Translations under genes and position numbers: made by a program
Shown here: positions 26,355 to 36,420 of the stretch, piece by piece
Numbering within the stretch: the stretch's first letter is position 1
Layout of the letters: each line of letters begins with the position of its first letter
The notes under the pieces: model-generated
Databases searched by the model: none
What the model was told of the DNA's origin: nothing
Seen by the model: only the letters and a program-made list of their open reading frames with translations
From: Camelus dromedarius
Taxonomy: Eukaryota
Length of the DNA stretch: 64,000 bases
Direction of reading: 5' to 3'
Assembly: GCF_036321535.1 (NCBI RefSeq)
Contig: NC_087447.1
Coordinates: 37,202,001 to 37,266,000 of the forward strand

Positions 26355-26365
26355 GAAAGAGAGAT

Positions 26366-27267
26366 ATGAGCAAGATGAAGAAGCAGAGGAACCACTCCAG
26401 TTAAAAGAGCAAGAGAAATCCCCTGAATGAATGATCCATGAAATAGACATTGATGGTCTACTAGATCAAGATTTCAAAAAAGGAGTGATCAAAGTACTGA
26501 AGGAACTAAAAGAGACAGTGTTTAGAGATATAAAATATGTCAAAAATGAAATTGAAGCTATAAAGAAGAGCCAAGTAGAATTGGTAAACACATTTGCTGA
26601 GATGAGAGCTGATCTACAGGCTGTACAAAGCAGACTAGATAATGCAGAGGAACGAAAAAGTGACCTAGAAGACAGGACAACAGAAAGTACCCAATCAGAA
26701 CAGCTGAGAGAAAAACTAATTAAAACCAATGAAAACAATATAAGGGACCTATGGGATAATATAAAGACTGAAAATCTACACATAATAGGGGTTCCAGAAG
26801 GGGAAGAAAGAACAAAGGGGATTGAAAGGTATTTGAATAAATCATGACTGAAAATTTCCCAAACCTAAAGACAGAATCAGATATCCAAGTACAGGAAGCT
26901 CAGAGAGTCCCAAACAGGAAGAATCCAAACAGACCCACACCAAGACATATCATAATCAAGATGGCCAGAGTCAAGGATAAAGAAATGATCCTAAAAGCAG
27001 CAAGAGAAAAAACAAAGACTGAGTTACAAGGGAACCCCCATAAGGCTCTCAGCTGATTTCTCTACACAAACATTACAGGCCAGAAGGGAGTGGCAAGATA
27101 TATTCAAAGTCCTGAATGAAAAAAAGATGCAGCCTAGGATACTTTATCCAGCAAGGCTATCCTTTAGAATAGAAGGAGAGATAAAGAATTTCACAGACAA
27201 GCAAAAACTAAAAGAGTTTAGCAACACTAAACCCATGCTAAAAGAAACATTGAAAGGTCTACTCTAA
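26366..27267 (+). pseudogene. L1 ORF1p remnant (coiled coil, RRM, CTD), broken by stops/frameshifts
   Basis: Fragments 'RDLWDNIKTENLHIIGVPEGEE', 'MTENFPNL...IQVQEAQRVP...PTPRHIIIKM' in different frames; TGA at 26428-26430. Confidence 0.93.
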
Positions 27268-27665
27268 ATAGAAAAGGAGCAGGATGCTACAGAAATGAGA
27301 AACTCATAACTGGATAGGTGATAACTCACGAATTACAAATAGAATAAACACAAAATTGTAAAAGAAGACATCTAAATCATTAAGAGTGGGAGAGGGAAGC
27401 AAGAAAATATAGAGTTTTTTTTTTCTTTTTTAAAATTTTTGTTCTCGGTAGGATGGGTTTGAGATTATATTACTATCTGTTAAATACAAACAGTTATAGT
27501 AATGGGTTAATAGACTTACAGAAAAGGGTAACCACAAGCCAAAAACTTACAAGAGAGTCACAAAAACTAAATAAAATTCAAGATAATACAAACAAAAATT
27601 ACCAAAACCACAAAAGGAAGAAGGAACAAAGAGGAAATACCAAATCAACTGCAAAAATAAGTTCA

Positions 27666-28643
27666 ATGGCAATAAACACACATCATTAATTACTGTAAAT
27701 GTTAATGGATGAAATGCTCCAATCAAAAGACATAGAGTGGCAGACTGGCTAATAAAGCAAGAACCTTCAATATGCTGCATACAAGAGACCTACTTTAGGA
27801 AGATGGACACATATAGATTGAGAGTGAAAGGCTGGAAAAGGATATTCCATGCAAATGGAAAAGCCAAAAAAGCAGGTGTAGCAGTACTGATTTCAGACAA
27901 AATAGCCTTTAAAACAAAGGCCATAAAGAAAGATAAAGAAGGACATTTTATAATGATTAAAGGAGTAATACAAGATGAGGATATTACACTCATTAATATA
28001 TATGCACCCAATATAGGAGCACCTAAGTACACAAAACAATTACTAACAGAGATAAAGGGGGGTATTGATGGGAATACAACCATTGTCGGAGATTTTAACA
28101 CTGCATTAACATCACTAGATAGATCTTCCAGACAGAAAATAAATAAGGCAACAGAGAAATTAAATGACATCATAGAAAAATTAGATTTGGTGGATAATTT
28201 CAGAGCATTACACTCCCCAAAAATAGGCTATACTTTCTTTCAAGTGCACATGGAACATTTTCTAGGATTGATCATGTACTTGGGCACAAAAGAAGCCTCA
28301 GCAATTTTAAGAAGATAGAAATTATCTCAAGCATCTTTACTGACCACAATGCCATGAAACTAGAAATCAACTACAGAGAAACAAAGGAGAAAAAAAGGAA
28401 AGTATGGAGATTAAAAAACACGCTATTAAAAAGACCAATGGGTAAATGATGAAATCAAAGGTGAAATGAAAAAATAGCCTTGAGACAAATGAAAATGAAA
28501 ACACAACCACACAAAATTTATGGGACGCAGCAAAGGCAGTGCTAAGAGGGAAGTTTATAGAGATACAGGCCTTTCTCAAAAAAGAAGAACAATCTAAAAT
28601 AAACAATCTAACCCACCAGCTAAAAGAATTAAGAAAAGTAGAG

Positions 28644-28675
<32 letters not shown>

Positions 28676-31500
28676 CAAAAAAACCCGTCAAAAGTCAGCA
28701 GAAGGAAGGAAATAATAGAGATCAGGGAGGAAATGAATAAAATAGAGATTAAAAAAAAAACAATAGAAAAAAATCAATCAAACCAAAAGCTGGTTTTTTG
28801 AAAGAGTAAATAAAATCAACAAACCTCTGGCCAAACTCACAAAGAAGAAAATAGAGAGAGCACAAATAAGCAAAATAACAAAGGAAAATGAAGAAATTAC
28901 AACAAATAACATAGAAATACAGAATATCATGAGAATATTATGAAAAACTATATGGAACCAAAATAGATAACCTAGGGGAGATGGATAAGTTTCTGGAAAC
29001 ATACAGTCCACCAAGACTGAATCAAGAAGAAACTGACCACTGGAACAAACTGATCACTAGAAATGAAATAGAATTAGCAACAAAAAAAACCTCCCTACAA
29101 ATTAATGTCTAGGACCAGATGGCTTCACCGGGGGAATTCTACCAAACATACAAAGAAGAACTCATACCAATCCTTCTCAAACTCTTCTAGAAGATTGAAA
29201 AGGAGGGAATACTCCCAAACTCATTCTATGAAGCCACCATCACCCTGATACCAAAACCAGGCAAAGACACCACCAAAACAGAGAATTACATACCAATATC
29301 AGTGATGAACATAGATGCAAAAATCCTTACCAAAATATTAGCAAATAGAATCCAACAGCACATAAAAAAGATTATACATCATGATCAAGTGGGGTTCATT
29401 CCAGGGACACAAGGGTGGTTCAACATATACAAATCAATCAATGTAATATATCACATCAGGAGAAAGGACAAAAACCACATGATGATCTCAATAGATGCAG
29501 AAAAAGCATTTGATAAAATTCAACACCTACTTATGATAAAAACTCTCACCAAAGTGGGTATAGAGGGAACATATCTCAACATAATAAAAGCTATATATGA
29601 CAAACGTACAGCCAGCATAATACTCAACGGTGAAAAACTCAAAAGCTTCCCACTAAAATCTGGGGCAACACAAGGCTGCCCACTATCACCACTTCTATTC
29701 AACATAGTCTTGGAAGTCCTAGCCACAGCAATCAGGCAAGAGAGAGAAAAAAAAGGGATCCAAATTGGAAAAGAAGAGGTAAAAGTGTCACTATATGCCT
29801 ATGACATGATATTATATGTAGAAAACCCTAAAAAGTCCACAGAAAAACTACTAGAAATAATCAAAGAATTCAGCAAGGTAGCAGTTAACGTTCAAAAATC
29901 AGTTGCATTTCTTTAAACTAACGATGAATCAACAGAAAAAGAAAGTAAAGAAACAATCTCTTTTAAAATAGCACCCAAAGTAATAAAATACCTAGGAATA
30001 AATCTAACCAAGGAGTTGAAAGACTTATACATGGAAAACTATAAACCATTGATGAAGGAAATAAAAGAAGACAAAAAAATGGAAAGACATCCCATGCTCT
30101 TAGATTGGAAGAATCAATATTGTTAAAATGGTCACAATGCCCAAGGCAATCTACAGATTTAATGCAATCCCTATCAAATTACCCAGGACGTATTTCACAG
30201 AACTAGAACAAATCATAACAAAATTTATATGGAACCACAAAAGACCTAGAATTGCCAAAGTGTTACTGAAGAAGAAGAAAAAAGCTGGAGGAAAAATTCT
30301 CCCAGACTTCAGACAATACTATAGAGCTACAGTAATTAAGACAGCATGGTATTGGTACAAAAACAGACATATGCACCAATGGAACAGAATAGAGAGCCCA
30401 GAAATGAACCCACAAACTTTTGGTCAACTAATCTTTGACAAAGGAGGCAAGAACATACAATGGAATAAAAACAGTCTCTTCAGCAAATGGTGTTGGGAAA
30501 ACTGGACAGCAGCATGTAAAACAATGAAACTAGAACACTCCCTTACACCATACACAAAAGTAAACTCAAAATGTATCAAAGACTTAAACATAAGACAAGG
30601 TACAATAAACTTCCTAGAAGAAAATATAGGCAAAATATTATCTGATATACATCTCAAAAATGCTCTCCTAGGGCAGTATACCCAAGCAATAGAAATAAAA
30701 GAATAAACAAATGGGACCTAATTAAACTTACAAGGTTCTGCACAGCAAAGGAAACCATAAGTAAAACAAAACAACAACCTATGGAATGGAAGAAAATTTT
30801 TACAAATGATAGCACCAACAAAGGCTTGATCTCCAGAATATATATAAGCAGCTCATATGACATAATAAGAAAAACACAAAGAACCCGATCCAAAAATGGG
30901 TAGAAGACCTAAACAAGCAATTCTCTAAGGAAGAAATACAAATGATCAATAGGCACATGAAAAAAATGCTCAATATCACTAATTATCAGAGAAATGCAAA
31001 TCAAAACTGCAATGAAGTATCACCTCACACTGGTCAGAATAGCCATCATTCAAAAGCCCACAAATGACAAATGCTGGAGAGGCTGTGGAGAAAAGGGAAC
31101 CCTCCTACACAGCTCGTGGGATTGCAGTTTGGTGCAGCCACTGTGGAAAACAGTATGGAGAGTCCTCAAAAGACTAGGAATAGACTTACCCTATAACCCA
31201 GGAATCCCACTCCTGGGCATATATCCAGAAGGAACCCTACTTCAAAAAGACACCTGCACCCCAGTGTTCATAGCAGCACTATTTACAATAGCCAAGACAT
31301 GGAAACAGCCTAAATGTCCATCGACAGCTGACTGGATAAAGAAGAAGTGTATATTTATACAATGGAATACTATTCAGCAGTAAAAAATGACAACGCCATT
31401 CCCAGCAACATGGATGTTCCTGGAGAATGTCATTCTAAGTGAAGTAAGCCAGAAGTAGAAATAAAAATACCATATGAGATCACTCATATGTGGAATCTAA
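27666..31500 (+). pseudogene. L1 ORF2p remnant (endonuclease / reverse transcriptase), multiply disrupted
   Basis: EN motifs 'CCIQET', 'NIYAPN', 'VGDFNT'; RT '[11 protein letters not shown]', '[15 protein letters not shown]'; catalytic [F/Y]ADD reads YAYD at 29794-29805; '[13 protein letters not shown]' Cys-rich motif; many stops and frameshifts. Confidence 0.95.
28645..28684 (+). repeat. (CAAAA)n microsatellite inside L1 ORF2
   Basis: Six perfect CAAAA units at 28651-28680. Confidence 0.9.
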
Positions 31501-31828
31501 AAAAAAAGAAGAACATAAATACAAAACAGAAACAGACTCATAGACGTGGAATATAAACTTGTGGTTGTCAAGAGGGCAGGGGGTGGGAAGGGACAGACTG
31601 GGATTTTGAAATCTGTAGATACTGACAGGCATACGCAGAATAGATGAACAAGATTATACTGTATATCACAGGGAAATATATACAAGATGTTGTGGTAGCT
31701 CACAGCGAAAAAAATGTGACAATGAATATATGTATGTTCTGTATAACTGAAAAATTGTGCTCTACACTGGAATTTGACACAACATTCTAAAATGACTATA
31801 ACTCAATAAAAAAAAATGTTTAAAAAAA

Positions 31829-31901
31829 AAAGTCGACTTTCTTGGGAACTCAGTCTACAACAAACACCCCTTGGGGTTTAAATAACTGGATAGGGTGATG
31901 G
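31829..31901 (+). repeat. Right copy of 73-bp direct duplication flanking the L1
   Basis: Begins within/after the L1 poly(A) tail; matches 26282-26354. Confidence 0.95.
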
Positions 31902-33039
31902 AAGAGTACAGCCCAGTGTTCCTCTCAGAAGAGCGGATGCCAGGCCTGTGATGGCATGACTTGTGACTTGTTCCAAGCCCTACAGGCTGGTCCCTTCTGT
32001 CATTCTCAGGGTTAGCTAAGGGATCAGACAACACTGGAGATATAGACGGAATTCTCAGCAAATGTGTATGAGCAGAGATCAGAACACAGGGACAGAAGAG
32101 GCAAATTCGCTCAGATTTATCAGCTCACATTGCTCAGGGTTTCATGCATAGCAGCTGTATAAACTCAGGTCCAGAGACCCAGTAGAGCTCATTATCAAAA
32201 GCCAGGTCTTCTGGGCCCAGGGTGTGGGTTGCAAATATTCCTTCTGGATGCAGGTGGTGCCAGGATACAGGTGGACAGAGCCCTGAGTTGATGAAACCAA
32301 GGTCCATCCAGGTAAGCATCCATTCTGACTCCTTCTGACCAAAGCTAATAGCAACTAATCTTGGTTATAAAGAGGCAGATGCTGTGCTTGGTCCACATAT
32401 AGACAATCTCATTTAATCCTTACAACAGCTCTATGGGGTAGGTACTTCTTATCTCTGCTGTACAGATGAAAAGCCTGAAAAATCAGAAAATGAAAAGTTT
32501 TGCACAGCAAGTATTCTTTTGTTTGTTTGAGATTTGTCCTGTGAGACCCTTCAACTTCACAAGATGGTATCTTCATGGGAGTTTTTTTCCCCTCTGCCTT
32601 GGAAGGGGCCAATGGAGTTAGTTATCTGTGGGCATCAGGCCTCCCTGGGTGATGGAGACATGGGCTTCTTCAGATTTTGGACCCAGGAGCTGTCATCCTG
32701 CTTGTCCACAAAGAAACTACATTTATTCTTCCCAAGTCATAGCAGCATGAGTCAAAGCTCTGATCAGAGGGAATAAGTGTATAAAAGGAAACAAAAGCAG
32801 AATAAGATTGGTAGTCAGATTAGAAGGCATATCTATGATGGGAAGGAAATAAATATTTGTTAAATCAACAAAAAATTGAATGAGCAGAGGAATTTACTTG
32901 AGCTTAAACGAGCCAGAAAGGTTTACTATATATGTGTATTGCGTGAATTACTGGTCAGATGCTGGTTTTCCACAAGCTGCAAGGGAAAGCAAGAGAAAAG
33001 GCTGACGTCAAAGCAGTATTTGGTTTGAGCTGTCCCTTT

Positions 33040-34110
33040 GATTGCATTTATTCATTCATGCTTTTGACAAGCTTTTTTTTTTTTTTTTTTAAGTACTATC
33101 TTAGTCTGCTCAGGCTGCTATAACAAAATACCATTTCTCCCAGTTCTAGAAGCTAAGTTCCAGGTCAATTCAGTTCCTGGTGAAGACTCTCTGCTTGGCT
33201 CTCAGATGGCCACCTTCCTGATGTGTCCTCTTATGGCAGAGAGACAGAGAAAGCATGCTCTTTGGTCCTTTCTCTTAAGGACGTTAATCCTATAATGAGG
33301 ACCCCACCATCATAACCTCATCTTAACCTAAGTTCCTTTCAAAGTCCCTTTCTCCACATACCATCTTATGGGGGATTAGAGCTTCAACGCAAATTTTGAG
33401 GACCACAATCCAGTCCATCGCAAGTACCCACTCTGTACCAGGCACAGCGCTAGGTAACTGAAATGTATCAGTGAATAAAAAAGATTAAAACTCTGTATTT
33501 AGGGACTTACATTTGTGTATGTATGTGTGTGTACGTATGTGTGGGTGGGTTGCGGGGGTGGAGAGAGGCAGCAATACCAATAGGCTTAATAAACAAATAA
33601 GCTATTTTAGAGAAGGAGATTTGTCAAGAGAAGACAAAAATAGAGCTATGAGTAAGGGACACATTGTGGGACCATTCTTTGTTTAAAAGCATGGTCAGGG
33701 AGGGCTCATTGAGAAGGTGATACTCTAGCAGAGATGTGAAGGAGAGGAGAGTGTGCACCACACAGATACCCGGGGGAATAAAATGTCCCAGGGGGAGAGG
33801 ACAGGCTGTGATAAGGCCCTAAGGTAGGGGCAGACCTGGGGTATTTTATAAGGAGACTGGTGTTGCTGAGAGAAGTGGGCAACCAGGACATTGATGAACG
33901 AAGGCAATGTGGGCAGGATCACATCATCTTTGTTGGCCACGTGAGTGTGCTGGTGTTTCCCCAAGTGATCTGGAGCTCGTGGAGGGCTATGCGATGAGGA
34001 ATGATGTCACGTAATGTTTTAGAAGGATCCATCTGGCTGCTGCCTTGAGACAGGGAGGGCATGAGACACAGGCAACAGTATCCACCCTGCAGCCACTCCC
34101 CAATCAGAAA
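33040..34110 (-). mobile_element. L2 LINE 3' region, interrupted by MLT1A
   Basis: 'ttcattcat...agtac|ccactctgtaccaggcac...ctaggt', 'ggtcagggagggctcattgagaaggtga', 'ttttagaaggatcc.tctggctgctg'. Confidence 0.7.
33097..33422 (-). mobile_element. MaLR solo LTR (MLT1A-like)
   Basis: 'tcttagtctgctcaggctgctataacaaaatacca'...'cagtccatcgca'; exact TSD AGTAC (33092-33096 / 33423-33427). Confidence 0.88.
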
Positions 34111-34551
34111 GGAAGACCTCATTCCTTGACTCTGCAAATGTTTGGATTCTCATGGGATTCTGGGTTCTCCTCCAGGCGTGGGGGCTCTGGTCCTTACTGC
34201 TTCCACAGGGATGGTCTGTCTTGCTGTGCACTTTCTGGAGGAGATCAGATCGCATCCTATGGAAGTGAGATTGCATGCTTTGCCCTCATCTTCTGTGGAT
34301 TCGGATGCTGGCCTTGCCTCAGAAGCAAACAGATTCTTCTGCTGGGTCCTCACTGCCTTTATCACAGTAGTCTTTACACTAAAATATACTTTGTGCTGAA
34401 ATTACTAGCTTTTTTGTCTGATTTCCAAACTGACTCTGCAGAAATGGAAACTTCCTCATTTTTATTTTAATCTCAAGCACCCAGCAGAGTGTCTTACACA
34501 ACACGGGTTTCATTATATGTTTGATAAGTGAAAGAATGAATAAACAGGGCC

Positions 34552-34911
34552 TGTCTTCCTCTGCTAAAGTTTCTTAAAAAAAAAAAAAACATAGACTGGG
34601 TGGCTTAAACAATAGAAATTTAAATTCTGGAGGCTTAGAAATCCAATCTCAAGATGCCAATAAAGTAAGTTTTATTTTGAGGACTCCTTTCTTGCCTTGA
34701 GGTGACACCATCTCTCTGTGAGCTCACAGGGCCCCTTCTTTGTGCCTGTGAGGAAAGAGCGAGCTCTCTGTGTTTCTTTGTATAAAGGCACTAATCCCAA
34801 CAGGAGGGCTCCACCCTCATGACCTCATCTAACTCATCTCCAAATATCATCACATTGGAATTGAAGGTTTCAACATATAAATTTGGGGGGTATACAGTTC
34901 AGTCCATAGCA
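34552..34911 (-). mobile_element. MaLR solo LTR (MLT1A-like)
   Basis: 'catagactgggtggcttaaacaatagaaattta'...'ttcagtccatagca'; exact TSD GGGCC (34547-34551 / 34912-34916). Confidence 0.88.
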
Positions 34912-35345
34912 GGGCCAGGGGGTGGATATCACAGGAAATTTCAACTTATTAAAAAAAAAAGTTCCAGTAGTCAGAGCTGTCCAACAATGGAAAAGGCTAC
35001 CTCCTAAAATAGAGAATGCCCCAACACCAGAATGTCCAAAGAAGACTGGATGGAGAACAGTTTGACAGGGCTATTAAAAACAATCCAGTGGAGGTTGAAT
35101 TGGATCCCCAGGAACACCATTCATTAATGATGATCTTGCATAAGCTCCACTTTAAAGATGCAGTAAAAATATAATGTTTCATCTGTGTGTTCAGAGGGGA
35201 GCTTCAAGTACTTGGAGCATCATATTTGGTTGTAATGCTTTGGGGGCAATACTAAGTCCACCTCACTACATACTGGAGGTCATCTTATTCAAGAAAGCAA
35301 CTAGAATCAGAGAGGTGTGGTTTTCAAAAATTAATATAAAGCTGG

Positions 35346-35478
35346 AGGGTTCAATCCCCAGTCTCTCCCTTAAAATAAATAAATAAACCCAATTACCTCT
35401 CCCCCCAAAATTAAAAATAAATTAAAAAGTAATTTCAAAAGACATCGTAAATCAACTATGCTTCAATTTTAAAAAATT
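35346..35478 (+). mobile_element. 5'-truncated tRNA-derived SINE (camelid Vic-1-like) joined to a short L1 3' terminus
   Basis: B-box 'gggttcaatcccc', tail 'aaataaataaacccaattacctc.cccccc' as in recalled Vic-1; flanked by a ~20-bp TSD with exact core TATAAAGCTGG. Confidence 0.75.
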
Positions 35479-36139
35479 AAAAAATAGTATAAAGCTGGTT
35501 GGAGAAAATAACTTAGACCTCTATCCAAACGAGCTCCCTAATTCCTCCCCCTCTGACCTGCCCTTCCCTACCCAGTTTCAGAGATGGATGGACAAACACA
35601 GAGCCTTCTGGTCGACACCAAGAGAGACCTCAGAAGGGCAGATCTAAGTGCTGGAGCCTTTCTTCCTCACTTCATCTGCTCCTTGAAGAGCAATTACGGG
35701 ATGGGGAAGGGGCTGGACTTTTCCCTCCTTAGAAGTAAAATGGGAATTTGCTCCCCTCAATGAGCAGTTGAGGAGGAGGCCTGAGGAATTGGTACACTGC
35801 CCCAAGCACCGTGAATGCAACTAGGTAGCAAATCAGGCCCTAAACGACAGTCTTTTGCTGGCGCCCCCCTTGCTTGAGGCATCTGAGTTCCGTGAAGGGT
35901 TAACAGCAAGAGGTGTGCTTCTGTTTGACGAGAAGGAAAAAGACTCCTACAACCGAAGCTTTTACTTTAAGACACAATAAAAGACACTGACATGCTGTGT
36001 AAGCATTGTTCCTGGCTGCAGTTATTCCAATTATTTTTTATGTTTTCTCCTTAAATGAGAAACATATCAGACACTAACTCAAACACAGAGATACCTATTT
36101 ATGCTTCAGAACAAACAGTTTAAGGGCATTATATACAGA

Positions 36140-36420
36140 TGTCTAAATATTTAGAAAGTGTCTGTTTATGAGAGCAAAATGAAAAGTACCTGTTTTCATT
36201 TGAAGGATTTTATGTGAAATTTGCATGTGAAAAAAGGCAGCCCCAGTGGCAAGGGGTGTGAGGGATGAGAAGTGTGTGCACAGGCGTGGAGCCGGGGGGA
36301 GGGGGCTACGGGGTGGGGGCGGCCCTCAGCTGCCACACGTCCCACCCTGACCCACAGTGGGAGGGAACCAGCAAATGAAGCCTAGGGTGATGCTTTTCTT
36401 TAGGGCCAGGCTATAAATAA
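36140..36420. promoter_or_regulatory. Candidate enhancer/promoter (octamer, GC box, E-box, MEF2/TATA-like)
   Basis: ATTTGCAT 36219-36226, GGGGCGG 36316-36322, CAGCTG 36327-36332, CTATAAATAA 36411-36420 in apparently repeat-free DNA. Confidence 0.3.

Larger units (their letters stand above)
26355..31828 (+). mobile_element. Near-full-length LINE-1 lacking the 5' UTR; inactivated
   Basis: Collinear ORF1, ~400-bp spacer, ORF2 (EN, RT, C-terminal Cys-rich region), 3' UTR, AATAAA at 31805-31810, A tail, flanking direct repeat. Confidence 0.97.

Noticed and set aside
26466..30893. Antisense ORFs within the L1 (e.g. 26466-26783, 27790-28173)
   Set aside because: Shadow ORFs of the L1 coding strand, with no independent evidence.
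26355..31828. L1 as an active or domesticated gene
   Set aside because: No 5' UTR, many stops and frameshifts, a microsatellite in ORF2 and an altered RT catalytic motif (YAYD).
35346..35362. tRNA-like B-box as a tRNA gene
   Set aside because: No A-box or cloverleaf; followed by a SINE tail and flanked by a TSD.
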